Shown: in pieces, positions 13,452-25,886 of the stretch
Position numbering within the stretch: the first letter of the stretch is position 1
How the letters are laid out: each line of letters starts with the position of its first letter
NCBI GenBank assembly: GCA_002256025.1
Contig: NKIB01013542.1
Coordinates: 1 to 55,854, forward strand
Direction: 5' to 3'
Source: Asterionella formosa
Taxonomy: Eukaryota
Length of the DNA stretch: 55,854 nucleotides
The notes under the pieces: generated by a model
Databases searched by the model: none
The model's input: only the letters and a program-made list of their open reading frames with translations
Told to the model about the DNA's origin: nothing
Made by a program: the position numbers and the translations under genes

Positions 13452-15235
13452 ATGGAAGAACAAGCAGCAGCGATAAAAGCTCCTGTCGTGTCATCAGAGC
13501 CCGAGACGTTGGAAGGCGACAAGGAAATCGAACCAACAGAACGCTCCATTTCTGTTAAGACGAACCGAAAAGCTGCGTTGTTATTGGAGGCTAGGGCAGA
13601 CCGTATAGCTTGGGTGCAGTCTGTTCCTCTGCCATATGCAATAACAACGAATGGAGAGCCAGTATCCTTGTTCAACGAATCTCATGCTGTGAGACAACTC
13701 CCCAGCGCCTCTAAAGTTATCGCTGTATTATACAGAGAAGGTGAAGGTATTTCAAAGCAAGAAATTGACGAACGGGTGGATGCTCTGGTAAGGGTAGGTT
13801 GCCTATGCCTTGATTATCATATCTCGATTCGTAAGTTTTTCCCAACATCTCATGTTGACCTTTCTGCTTTCTCTAGTTGAAAGAAATCTATCAAAACTCC
13901 AAAGATGATCACAACTTGGCCGTTCCCAATGGATATCAAATCTTACAGACCGAAATATTCAACGCAGAAGGCCCTCAGGAAGATATGCTTCGAGCGTACC
14001 GTGATTTCTTTGCCAAATTGCAACTGCCAGAAAGCGCCACACTGGTTCAAGGTATGAGAGGCTTTCTCCAAAACTTACGTGATTCAAGTCATGATGCCGT
14101 GGCCAAGTCACTGCGATTATATCTGGAATCAACATTAGAAACGATTAAGACACACCCTGCGTTTTGTAACGAAAATGACTTTGCCAAAGTTCGGCGGTCA
14201 CTGCATTCCTTTGTGTTCGGTCAGGGATATGACACAATCTGGTCAACAATTGATGCTAGTCAAGACGAACTCAACTTGCAAAGGTGGAAAGATCTTGATT
14301 TTTTAAATGCAGAACATTTTGATATTCCTTGTTTGGCTGGTCGAAGCCCCGATGACTTGGAAAAGTTACTGAAGGAACCCATTTCGGCAATTACGTCACT
14401 TGAACAATTCTATTCACCATACGAAAAACTGCAATGTATCCTTAAAGCTTTCCATGGCATCAATGCTTCTCTTTCCTTGGCCTTGAATCAAAAGGGCAGT
14501 TCCACGAAGCTACCTAGTGCCGACGACATTTTGCCGACCCTCATCCTGACATTACTTCGAGCGAAACCCAAAGCAGTAGCGTCAAACTTGGCAATGATTG
14601 AAGTTTTCGGCTCTCCGGATCATCTTCGAGGAGAAGCGGGATATGCATATACCAACCTTTTTGGAGCCGTTCAATTTCTTTTGGACTTGGATCTTGACAA
14701 AGACCCCGAAAAGTTGACCATTAGTGCCGAAGAATTCCGAAAAGGGTTGGAAATGTGTAGAGCAGAAGCAGAGGACAAGCTGGTGACTAAGATAAATCAA
14801 GCAGACACGGAAATGCTCAAAATTTCCCAATGGACAGACATGAAGATTCCCCTCGCCGACATTCGAGCCGCTAGGCTTGGTGGTGCAGTTATTGATGTCG
14901 CCTGGGCAAAGCAATGGTACGAGGCGAACGGTCATACTGTGACTGTCGCAGGAGAACCAACTGGTTCCGAAGAAGCTCAGGAAATTCTCCCATCAGGATT
15001 CACCCGTTCCTATACATTTTTAACGACACGACCAGATGAAATCCGCGTTTCGGACCTTCCACAATTGTTGGCAGAGTACCGAATGCTAGTTCATACCACT
15101 GAAGTCCTGCTTGGGGAGCGTTCTTCGAGACAAGCAGTAGAGAGAAAGCACCGATTTGCCGAGGAGCAGAAACGACTTGAGGAAGAGGCCCTGGATGCAG
15201 AACTTATTCTTGAACTAATGAAGTACAAAGTATAG
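13452..15235 (+). CDS. VPS9-domain Rab5 guanine nucleotide exchange factor; exons 13452-13787 and 13877-15235
   Basis: VPS9 motifs SPYEKLQCI, SADDILPTLI and LRGEAGYAYTNLFGAVQF. The GTAAGG...CTAG intron 13788-13876 is in frame. Confidence 0.88.
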
Positions 15236-15304
15236 GAGGGCGTGACGCACCACAAGCTTCGTACCGTTAGTCAACATGGCTCCCATTTAGTTTATGCTTG
15301 GAAA

Positions 15305-15910
15305 TTACTTCTCCTCATGTTTTACAGCATTTAAATTTCTCCTCGATTCTATTTCCTTGGCCCAACTTTCCCCTATATCAGTTTTCCATTTGCCTCTAGT
15401 GCTGGCAAAAAATTGATCCAAACTCTTGCCATTTGCTCCATCCATCTCATATTCTTGCGCTTGTAAAATCATCTCAAGCTTGTCCATATCTTTAACTAGC
15501 TTAGCTTCTTCTGTCGTGCCATCCTCGTATTCCTTCCACAAACCAAGGATTTCCTCGCTTCCCATACTGTCTCCTAGCATGTTTGTCATTTTAGTGATTG
15601 CATCAAGTTCCAATTGATGCTTGTCCGAGTCAGACACACCACAATGTGGGGTAATATCTCCGACAGCAGCTTCAGCCAAATCGTGCACTAGTGCCATTTT
15701 GATGCACTTGTCGGTGTTAACGTTGTCCGAAAATGAGGCCACCATGGCCATGAGCGATATTCGCCACGAATGATCAGCGACCGATTCGGGTTCAGGAACC
15801 TCTCGCATGACCCAGCCAGTCCGCTTGGTGGTTTTCAGCCCACGCGCCATTGTGAGAAAGTCAATAGCTCGAGATGCAGATGAAGGGGATGGTAATAGAG
15901 AGTTGGACAT
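15305..15910 (-). CDS. HDDC2: HD-domain 5'-deoxynucleotidase (HDDC2/YfbR-like)
   Basis: [10 protein letters not shown]...[26 protein letters not shown] and [17 protein letters not shown]. The start could instead be the upstream ATG at 15952. Confidence 0.9.
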   Translation of the reverse strand: MSNSLLPSPSSASRAIDFLTMARGLKTTKRTGWVMREVPEPESVADHSWRISLMAMVASFSDNVNTDKCIKMALVHDLAEAAVGDITPHCGVSDSDKHQLELDAITKMTNMLGDSMGSEEILGLWKEYEDGTTEEAKLVKDMDKLEMILQAQEYEMDGANGKSLDQFFASTRGKWKTDIGESWAKEIESRRNLNAVKHEEK

Positions 15911-16269
15911 GGTGAGATGAAGGGCGATACTGATAACAGTAAAGGCAAACATTGATTTTGGACACGAAGGATTAGATATGTTTTGATTGGCTGGTCGTCG
16001 AATGATCCGCGGTGCCGCTACACCATAGGGTAACTACGGTATGTAGCACCAAGGCAGACAATATGGAATAATAATTCTACCGGTACATGGACTGTGTTGC
16101 CGGTACAGTATAAATTTTGTTTTCCTGGAATAACGATTTAAAAGTTATATCCTGGCCCATATGATATCGACTCGATCATCCACGGAGTAAGCATTCCTGT
16201 CAATCAAAAGAATCTAACCAAAGCGGTTCTGCATATGATCGTGTTTGTGTGGGCTCACATGGAAGCGAT

Positions 16270-17580
16270 ATGAAGAAACGAATGGAGAACTGGATGAAGC
16301 TGCTCAGCACACACCCTCTACTGATCGGCTTAGCGCTACGAATTGTAGTTGCATGGCTTTTGCCACTCCTATTTGACAGTGGCAACCTCATTCCTGGGGT
16401 GGCATACACAGATATTGATTATCGCATCTTCTTAGACGCGGCCAAACATGTTGCGGATGGAGGATCTCCCTATGATCGTCATACCTACAGGTACACACCT
16501 TTCCTGGCAATTATTCTAGCTTATAGTCATGGTTATGGGCGATATATATTCTGTGTGGCCGATGCACTATGCGGTTGGATAATTATTCGCCTTCGAAAAG
16601 ATTCTCGAAGGAGATTGGATTCTTCAGAAGACGGTGAGAGTCTCATGGCAAACTTTCAAGACTCTTTATATTGGATGTACAATCCACTTGCCATCAACAT
16701 TTGCACCCGGGGATCAGCGGAATCATTCATGGTTCTTTTGCCTGTCCTCGTTACTGTGAGCTTGGTGCAAATGAAAGGCACATTACCAATTTGGGCTCGA
16801 GCGGTGCTTGCAGGCCTCTTCCACGGAGTCGCAGTTCATTCCAAACTGTACCCAATCATTTATTCGCTCTCATTCATGGCTTACTTTGGTAGTTTAGAGA
16901 GCCCCAGCGTCGCATCGAAGGATCCACTCAATCTACTAAAGACCTGGTTTTGGAGGTTACTGAGTCCTTCTTCGGTCTTGTTCTTCGTTGCCTTTGCCTG
17001 CAGCTTTGCTGGCCTAACCTTTCTTGGTTTTTCGCTGTATGGCCGAAAAGCTCTTGACGAAGGTCTCCTTTACCATTTATCCAGAATTGACCACCGACAC
17101 AACTATTCGATATTTTGGTATGGGATTTATTTGGCTCGATATCAAACAACTTCTTCCGTGATGGACGTGATCGGCAGAGTTTTACTGCTTCCGCAAGTTA
17201 TGCTTCTAGTTTATACAAGTTTAGGCATTGCCCCCAATGACCTGTGCCTGGCGCTGTTTTGCCAGACTTACCTCTTTGTGACACTCAACAAGGTCATTAC
17301 GGCTCAATACTTTACCTGGTACCTCTGTCTCTTGCCACTTTGCAGTCAAGCCTTTTCGTTGACAATAAAGGTCCAGCGTGCCATTGTGGTCCTTGTTGCA
17401 TCCATATTGTTTTGGCTTGGAAACGCATACTGTCTTGAGATGCAAGGCATGTCCGTCCATCGATATGTGTGGTTAGCGTCGATGGTATATTTTGCAGCCA
17501 ACATTAATTTACTGTGCTCCCTGCTTCAATCCCGTTCTGCACGAGAGGCAAGCAATGGTCCACATAATAAAATAGATTAA
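16270..17580 (+). CDS. PIGM: GPI mannosyltransferase I (PIG-M/Gpi14)
   Basis: YTDIDYRIF, SPYDRHTYRYTP, ICTRGSAES, HSKLYPIIY, RIDHRHNYS and FVTLNKVITAQYFTWY, with multiple transmembrane segments. The exact start Met is uncertain. Confidence 0.93.
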   Translation: MKKRMENWMKLLSTHPLLIGLALRIVVAWLLPLLFDSGNLIPGVAYTDIDYRIFLDAAKHVADGGSPYDRHTYRYTPFLAIILAYSHGYGRYIFCVADALCGWIIIRLRKDSRRRLDSSEDGESLMANFQDSLYWMYNPLAINICTRGSAESFMVLLPVLVTVSLVQMKGTLPIWARAVLAGLFHGVAVHSKLYPIIYSLSFMAYFGSLESPSVASKDPLNLLKTWFWRLLSPSSVLFFVAFACSFAGLTFLGFSLYGRKALDEGLLYHLSRIDHRHNYSIFWYGIYLARYQTTSSVMDVIGRVLLLPQVMLLVYTSLGIAPNDLCLALFCQTYLFVTLNKVITAQYFTWYLCLLPLCSQAFSLTIKVQRAIVVLVASILFWLGNAYCLEMQGMSVHRYVWLASMVYFAANINLLCSLLQSRSAREASNGPHNKID

Positions 17581-19472
17581 GGTTTCTCTAGCCAAGGAGA
17601 GTTCACATTTTGGCCCTTTGTCGTTGACGAAAAATTGCTACCGTGACAGGCGAGGGGACAATGACATTATGTGCCGAGTAGTCCTCGAACGAAAAGGATA
17701 TCCGATGAAACGACACAGAAAAATTGAAGTCGTCGCGCTCTTGAGGCACATCGTCATGGAGCAATCGATCTGCAAATCATACGATAAGTGGACACGAAAT
17801 GTCCTTCCTTCTCCGATGTTTGGCCGCAATTGGTGGCTGTGAAGTCGTCTGCTTTTACTTCCTTTCGCGTTTCCACATCTATGCAGGGGTGATCTCTAAA
17901 GTCGACCCTTCAGCGGCTGAGGAGTACTCGTCACTACAGCAGCCTAGACTATTAGGTCTTCTGCTACATGGCTGCATCGCTGTTGTGGTACCATGGGTCG
18001 GACCATGCCATTGCGGCATTGTGGGAGTCTTCATGAGGCTGTCGCCAAAACGGTATTAAGGTAACAAGCAAGGCCTCGAACGTCAGACAGATGAATTTCT
18101 CGTTTTGAGTCTCTTCATCATTTCCGATCCACCCTGCACGTAAGAATTTGTTGGGCTTTTCGATGATATGATCTGTTCGCCTCCTTTTTTGAAGAACTTG
18201 GTACCTGGTACCCTGGTACCAGGTACACCAAGTACCATGCACCATCTGTATTTGTACATACATATAGAGTCCCAAAGCTACGATGGCAGCTGACGTGCTG
18301 TGATGTGGCTGTACATCATCATATTTTCGGCAACGTCACTATACTTAAGGTACGGAGTACCGCTTGGCATTCGTAGCTGATGTTGTGCGAGGATCGTCAT
18401 TATTCTAAGAAGACCAAATCCATTCACAAAGTACCGACAAGTCACAGGAAGTATGCATTACCTTCTCATCTTCTGTTGTTGTTGCGGGCAGCCAATCCGC
18501 AACTCGTCTATGACTGCATTGAAAAGTCTGGGACATTGCTGTTCACTTCAAGTCCAACAAGAATTTGGTTCTTGTTCTCTTTTCACAAAGTACTGAGGAC
18601 GACATGGAAGTAAAGTAGTCGACAACCAGATATCAGACGATCATACTCCTTGTACACCAGGTACCCTTGTACCGGTACCATACCTGGTACTCGGAGTAGC
18701 AGGGTAGTCATTCTACCGTACTACAGGCAGGTCCACGAATAAAGATTAATAAAATGCCGTTGGTCATTTAAGAAGTACCAGGTACCGGTTAATCGATTGC
18801 AGTTTTGATACGAAATACCTGGCCTTTTTTCGTTGGGGTCGTGTTTGTTGCTCTGATGGGGTCATAAGCAATTAATTAAAACTTTTATCTGTACCTCAAG
18901 TGCCCAACCTTGATATATTATCTTCCGCGCCTTGTAAGAAGATTCGCGCCTCCGCTGTCAGGGGAGATGTATATATATATGTCTAGTGACCTGGTGATGA
19001 CTACTGGTACCAGGGTACCATACACCAGGTACCGGGGTAACCATCCCAGGTGCCGGTACTGGTTTTAGGATTGAGAACACATGATCATTCTTGGAAGCGC
19101 AACATGACCTCTCTTAGTACCTAGTACCTGTACCTGGTAAAAGCTCTCGCACTTCACCAGATTGTAGAATAAAAAGTATGTACCACTAAATGGACGGAAC
19201 TTTTGTACATCTCCACAGAACTCATCCGTGCTGTTATTCCCAATTGTTCCTGTTCCACGAGTCGGTGGCATTTTTGTTGTCGACATTTCGGTAACATTCG
19301 TCCTCATTTCCAGTATTATTTGCCTCTTTCTGAAAGAAGAGTGAAACCGGAGGCCGTTACTTTTCAATCCTCGCTTCTCATATCTCATCTTGAATCACTG
19401 CGACTTCTTTGTCAATACTTCCTTTTTCTCTTCTAGACTAGCAGGTACCAACCCCGATCTTCTCGGATTAGT

Positions 19473-19913
19473 ATGGCAGAATATAAGAAGTCACATCACA
19501 CAATGGTCTTGCCGGCTGAAAATGTAGTGGAGACACTACTGAGCCTGCGACGAAGAAAAATCCACTCTTCCATCTATCCCCAGCTTCAGATCTCTCACTC
19601 TTTTATTCCAAAGTATTCATTTACCGACGAGGAATGGGCCGAATACGATGAAAACTTGGCTGCTGTATCTGATGACGAGACTGAGATTCCTAAAGTCGTG
19701 TTCGTCGATAGAAGAACAACCAAGCGTTCAAGATATGTCGAACCTGAAGGTTTGGCTTCTTCAGATCGAAAGAAATCGAAACCCACATGTCTTCCTTGCT
19801 TGCCAATGCTACCGGCTGGTAGGCCGATGCCACCAAAACCGTCACTTTATGTGGCATCACCTGCACAGACTGTGGTGCTATCATCACAGCCCGGCTGCAG
19901 CATCGCTTCGTAA
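19473..19913 (+). CDS. Small hypothetical protein (VETLLSL, acidic SDDE and Pro-rich GRPMPPKP motifs)
   Basis: 146-aa ATG-initiated ORF with coding-like composition. The low-complexity motifs resemble small diatom-specific proteins; no family was recognised. Confidence 0.55.
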   Translation: MAEYKKSHHTMVLPAENVVETLLSLRRRKIHSSIYPQLQISHSFIPKYSFTDEEWAEYDENLAAVSDDETEIPKVVFVDRRTTKRSRYVEPEGLASSDRKKSKPTCLPCLPMLPAGRPMPPKPSLYVASPAQTVVLSSQPGCSIAS

Positions 19914-20610
19914 TTGGCCATTATCACCTTCATGAACCAAAGGGGAGTCTGAGTTTAAACTGCTTCGAGCTTCGTGGTCCTAAAATGCAAACGCCGACAA
20001 GTGAAGCCCAAAGAGTTAAACTAAATTTCAAGCGTCAATCATTTTTGTCCCCAAATAGAAATCACGTACAATTGCTGTACACGAAAGATAAAGAAGTCAT
20101 TCCAATGGTGTTATACATTAATGGGATAATTAGAAACATTTATAATTGGTTGTGGTATGTCGGCAGTGGACGAAGTTGTTCTTGTTCTCTGGTCACGGCG
20201 AACTGAACATTCAGCCGTCGAAATCAAGGAATACTATTGTCGTAACCTTGGAGCTCATGGACACATCTAATGCATGGCATGAAGGTAAAGCTAGAGAGAA
20301 AGTGAAACGGGATGATAATAGTTATCCTCTCGTTGAAACAGCTGCAACAGAAGCTGTTCCAACGAGTGCCAAACATGACATTGCCACGTGTCGCGGTCAA
20401 CATAGCAATAGAAATGGCTGGAAGCAGTATGCCAGACATTGCGTAGTGTATGTATGCTCTTTGTCGGAGGTATTCTAACTGCCGGTACCTGGTTACAGGT
20501 ACCGGTACATCGGAGTGGTAACTACCCGTATTTGTGTGAGTTCTTGTGAACAAGCTCATCAGTCGTATGTTTTACTGCCAGTTGTTGTTTATGTATGATG
20601 CATACTAAGA

Positions 20611-20842
20611 CCGTTGCTTAACGGTGGACCAAAACGCCAACCAAACAGTGTTTTGGTTTCGGTAACCCTAAAGAACGATGTTATCGGGAGTGAAAAACCC
20701 AATGCAAAAGCATTACATTTAGGGGATTCCGTGCCCATATCCCAATAAGTTACCTACACGCATTACGTAGCATCGCATTTTCGTCTGTCTGTCTGACCAA
20801 AACCAAACCAGGGTTTTGGTTTTGGTCCAGGGTTAGCACCGG
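20611..20842. mobile_element. MITE-like element with ~25-bp imperfect terminal inverted repeats and an internal hairpin
   Basis: Left end CCGTTGCTTAACGGTGGACCAAAAC versus reverse complement of right end CCGGTGCTAACCCTGGACCAAAAC. A 13-bp perfect stem (GACCAAAACCAAA / TTTGGTTTTGGTC) lies at ~20795-20827. Confidence 0.6.
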
Positions 20843-20867
20843 AAAACAGCTACTGGTATGTTTACAG

Positions 20868-21596
20868 TCAAGAATTTCTCGATCCATTATTACAGACAAC
20901 ATACAGGCCAAACAACATAAATTCTGATACTACAGAATTTGCACTATGTCATCTTTCAGCTGGTCTGACACAGGTGACGGGATTATTATTGATTGCACTT
21001 AGATAAGCATCAGTCATAATTTTAGTTTACAAATTACTTTACAACAAGTTTTAGGATTGTATCACAACAGTTTTGGCATTCTCTGGACAAATATATTGCC
21101 TTGATTGTATACCATCTGCTAGTTTGTTATCAGGACCCATTCTCCTGCTCACCCCAACCACCAGCAAAGTGAGAAAGTGAGTATCTGCAAAGCAATGGCG
21201 TGTCTGCCCAAACTACACAGAAGGACAACAATATGAAGAAAAAAATCGGCAGTGTCAAGGACAAAGTCACAGGTGACAAGCTCAAGAAAAGGAGTTGGCA
21301 TTGATCAGACTGGAAAGCAACATGTTAAAGGGAAAGCAACCAGGGTAGTGCACCTACCACAAGAACATTGCAACTGTTACAATACAGTCTTTGAAAGTAC
21401 GGCCGGGATAAGACAGGATAATTTGTAAAGCATTTACTTTATCATGACTGATGCTAATCTAGTGCCACCAAAGAAATCATGGTATCTGCTGTGTCAGACT
21501 GACTGAAGGAGGATGTGGTGCAAATTCTGTGGTATCAGGATATGTTGCATGGCCTGTTGGTTGGCTGTCCGTAACAATGGATCAAGAAATTCTTGA
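20868..21596. mobile_element. Foldback-like element with ~200-bp diverged inverted arms
   Basis: 20868-~21085 is the imperfect reverse complement of ~21360-21596 (e.g. TCAAGAATTTCTCGATCCATT vs AATGGATCAAGAAATTCTTGA). Confidence 0.7.
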
Positions 21597-22344
21597 GTAG
21601 CTGCATGCCTTCATTACTCCGGTTCATTCAAGGTGATGATTGATAAGGTCTTTGCAATAGGTCTATCTTGAAGAGGCTTGGATGATTTAAGTATTAATTC
21701 AGGATGCTTTATGAACGAGTAAGCCGGCGCCCTTGTCAATCAAGCATTGTTTGGACAGTGGTCCGCTTCCTCCCTCTAACACAGCTGGATTACAACCTTA
21801 ACCACCTTCTTTTTTCCAAATCGGTATCCATTGTGTAGGGCAACAACTTTATCTTTAAATTTGTAAGTCATTGCACCTCAAATGTTGCTATCATCATTTT
21901 TCATCTGGATGGAAAATTCGAGTCTTTGAGTGGCTGGCTGATATAATCCTTCCCCTGCTCCTACACTGATTCCATCATTGACCCTAGTACATGGGACCCC
22001 TGCATGCAAATCCTCTCCTGCATACGAATCCTGCCTACTTGCAGGCACGTCCTTCTTGTAATGTTTTATTTCCTGCCTGTAAAGTGCCCCTTTTTTATGC
22101 TCTTGTGGGCGTCCTGAGCAAATTTTATTCTCTTTACGGAATAGATTTTTCCCGTAGCTGGCAAGCGTCATTTATACTCCGTAAAGAGTGATTATTCAGA
22201 TTATTTATTCAACAACTTTCTATTGTTGGGGCTTACAGCAACTTTTATTTTATGATATATTCCAAAGACACAAGTGTCAATGCATATCAGTAGAGGTATC
22301 CATCTCTGTAGCTTGGGCAGACACGCCGTTACTACCAGCAGAAG

Positions 22345-24000
22345 GATCTCCACTCTGATCAATGCCAAGTCATTTTTGAAGGTCTACACCTGCAACTTCG
22401 TCCTTGACACTGCAAACTTTTTCTTCGTCCTGTTGTCCTTCTCTGTATCTTGGGAAGACACGCCATTGCTTCGCAAATAATCACTTTCTCATCTTTCTGG
22501 TTGGGTTGAGCGTAATGGGTCTCGATATTATAACTCATTTATATAACGCCTTAGTAAGACTACACTGAGCGCTTCCTGGAATTTCCAGTCTGGGCCTCCC
22601 GTATCAACCCAACAAATGTGGTGACTTCTGGTGTTGGCACATGGGGAATTTTTTGGGTGAGTTGCACTGGCTCCCTTGCTTGAAGGGGTAAAGGATGCAA
22701 AGTGGTGCTTGATATGCTGAAGTTCATTCTTTCGCCTCATCTGTGATGAGTGAAGAAATTGGATGTCTTTCATTGTTGTGCTTTTTGTGGGTTTTTGGGT
22801 CACACTGATAGTTGCCGGGAACCCTCTTGGTGCCTGTGGATGCTGGGATAAAACTTGTTGAGAGATAGTTGACCATTGTTTGAAAGTTTTTCTTCGAAAT
22901 CATTAACAGAAAGTCAGCTTTTTCCGGAAATCTTCTTGTTGTGCCGCTTCTGAGTTTGAGCAAATTTGAAGTGGGTGCTGACATAGGTGTGAATCTCTGA
23001 CACAGATCAAGTGTTTTTGCTGATACATTTTTGTAATACGAACATACATATATGCGATTGGACGAAGTGTGAATTCTTTTCCTGGTGTAATACTGTTCCT
23101 TTCCTCGTGTAATACTGTTCCTTTCCTCCCGTGCCTTGGACGCCAGCGGAATGGGTCCTAAATGACTGTTATAGGGAAAGTGATCAGGGTAGGAATGCAT
23201 CTACCCAGAGAACATTGCAAATGTTACGATACAGTCCTTGAAAGTACTGGATAAGCCAGAATAATTTGTAAATCGTATCCTATATTACTATGGCTGATGC
23301 TTACTATCTATAGCTGGCTGGGTGCATCATGAAACTAAATTGGGCGGGTAGCTACCAGCCAGTACAACATAATTTTAGCTTAAGTAAAATGTTCTATAAA
23401 AAACATTCAAAAGAATAAATTTTTTGTATACATGCATCCGCAATCTCGTTGTTGCCATTGTTGAGTTCATTCGCTCACTTCGATTTGTCCATGGCACAGC
23501 AATGGATGCGAAATCGTTATAGTTGTTTAGTTGTAACTACTATAGCTAGGACCATATTTGAGACAGTCCTGCACAGTTTCAGCTCCAGCTTTCCCACTAT
23601 CAAGAGCTCTACCACATGAACAAGCCATTAGTCATGTAGGCGTGAATCTACGTGCCCAACACAAAATAGTGTATAGATAAACCAAATCGTTCCTCCCGTG
23701 CCGCTTCGTCCTATGTTCACTAGTAGCGCTGCTCATGGCGGAGATAAGGCTATTTGAAGCGGCGCGGAAGGTTGTTCTGTTGTTGAGTAATAACGACATG
23801 GTGAATTTAATTGCAGCATGCCAATTAAGGCGCAAAATATTACAAACAATAGGTTCAGTGTTTATGCTAATACTAGGAGGCCTATGGGGTCCATCCGGTG
23901 CCCCCAAAAATTGCATTCAGCCGTAAGTGCAACCAATAATAATCCCTTCAGTTGTATCCGACCAGCTGAAGGATTCAAAATCTGTGGTATCAGAATAAAT
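22345..24000 (-). mobile_element. Second, longer, inverted copy of the foldback family, with its arm split by an insertion
   Basis: 22345-22525 is the reverse complement of 21130-21315. 23200-23310 plus 23924-24000 match the arm at 21355-21545. Confidence 0.6.
23311..23923. mobile_element. Non-autonomous TA-targeting (Tc1/mariner-type) insertion
   Basis: Interrupts the arm sequence ATCTA|AGTGCA with TA on both sides (23309-23310 and 23924-23925). Short imperfect terminal repeats TGGCTGGGTGCA / TGCATTCAGCCG. Confidence 0.6.
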
Positions 24001-24479
24001 TAATTTATTAAGTACAATGACAATGACAGCAGCGATGAAAATTTTTAATGTTGATGATTTAAAAAAATTGTAGAAGCACCTAGGGTAGCCCGCATTGCGC
24101 TTCCTGGCATTGACAGACTAGCTTAGATTCAGTTCTTAACCATCCCAGTATCAACACAACCAATAGGGTAACTTTGGGCACTACAAGGCGGGAAAACGGT
24201 GGGTAAACAACTCTATCACATGAGAGTAGGTGGAAATTCTCATGCAGTATGTGCATGATTCTGGCATTGATAAATCAATCTGTCCCCCTTTCTTTACATT
24301 AGAGGAGAAACAAGTAACTTGGTTTGAACTTTAAGCAAAGCATAGTGTATTGGCCTCTCTTTTGACCGCCTTGCTCTTCTTGGTAAAAATGACAGACTAT
24401 GATATTATTGGGCAGCTTTAAGATCTCTTGGTGTTTGGATCAAAATGGAATGTGTTATCACCATCAAGACACTTATCAA

Positions 24480-24915
24480 ATGAATAATGGAACATATTTG
24501 ATTCCGGTCATTTTTGTCTTGCTCCTTGAGTTTCTAGTTGTTTCTTGCTTGTGATTTTTTTCACTGTTTGTGGCTCATTGCATCCTCTCTTATTATTGCG
24601 TAGCTCCTCCAAGCGCTGCTGATCTAGCTAGTAGGCGACCTGATTCTGATGCAAGGACGTCGAAAAATGCTCCCTTCCATTGAATAATGCATCTTGCTTG
24701 ATTCCAGTCATTTTGTCTTTCTTCTTGAGTTACTGGTTTTTTCTTGTGATTTATTCATGTAGATCATGATGGCAGGAGATGTTGTTGTTATTGCGATGCT
24801 CCTAGCGCTGATGTAAGTCGACTATTAATGCTCTCTTCCATTGAATAAATCATTTTGTTTGTTTCTGGTGATTTTGGTCTTTATTGTGATTCTTTCATCT
24901 GTTTGTAGCCTTTTG
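24480..24915. repeat. Three diverged tandem units (~160-200 bp)
   Basis: TGAATAA...TTGATTCC(G/A)GTCATTTT...TTGTGATT recurs at ~24481, ~24681 and ~24842. Confidence 0.55.
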
Positions 24916-25886
24916 CCAACGGGAAGGATTATTATTTGGGTTCCAGCACCAGCATAGCTAGTATATTACTCTGGAATTTTTCATGACCACCAGCAATGCC
25001 CTATCCAAAACAGGCATGCACCCATCATTTTTTGCCCATTACCAGCCCTTCATCAATGCACTCATGGCTGTCAGCACAACCCCCTGATATCTCAAAGGCA
25101 CTTACTTACTTGGTCCAGCACAACTCCTACTATTGGAGGGGGCAATCAGGATGCCTCCAAACCTAAATATGGCAACACCAGATCCCTCAATAAATGTTGT
25201 TTGGCTAGGTTCCATCACCACCCATACTGACCATCCCTTTGCATGGCCTGTCTTATCTGATCCGTGCATACTAAGTCAGCCACACTGCATGTGTTTAAAT
25301 TTTTTTGTGTAAGATCGAGCATTGCTCCCACTATGCATGTCAACTGAAAATTGGTGGGCGCATGTTGTGCATATAACTCTGTTTCAAACAAGCAAATTCT
25401 CCCACAGCTCCAAGAAAATAATCTATCAAGTGATTCTACTTTTCACAATAATGCGAAGAAATGTGCTAATGAATATATGGGATTACAAGTTCCAAATCTT
25501 TATATTAAAAAATTGCCAGCAATTACACATTTTTACTACCGCCATACTGCTGCTCTGCAAGATTTCCCAATAGATACAATAACTTCATTAGTATAATGAA
25601 CAAAATTAGGAACTGTACTTATACATTTTTCGCGACTGCCATTTTGGCATCCTCAACTCTATTTATGCATCTCAACTACATGGGACTATTTCCTCTCATG
25701 CAATGCTTCAAACACTCTGAACTAACTCTATGAGGTGATTTTCAAGTGCTCAAAGGTTTATGATGTCATAGCTCATGAATGTGCAATGGTTTTGAAATCT
25801 GCAGTCTTCCTAATTGGTTTCGCTGACAGATACTGAACCATTTGGCTTCAAATTTTATGATCAAATCTTCGCACTTCCTGGCATCT

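Noticed and set aside
17618..18275. Short ORFs downstream of PIG-M
   Set aside because: No consistent frame, splice structure or motif could be built, although a small gene or ncRNA cannot be excluded.
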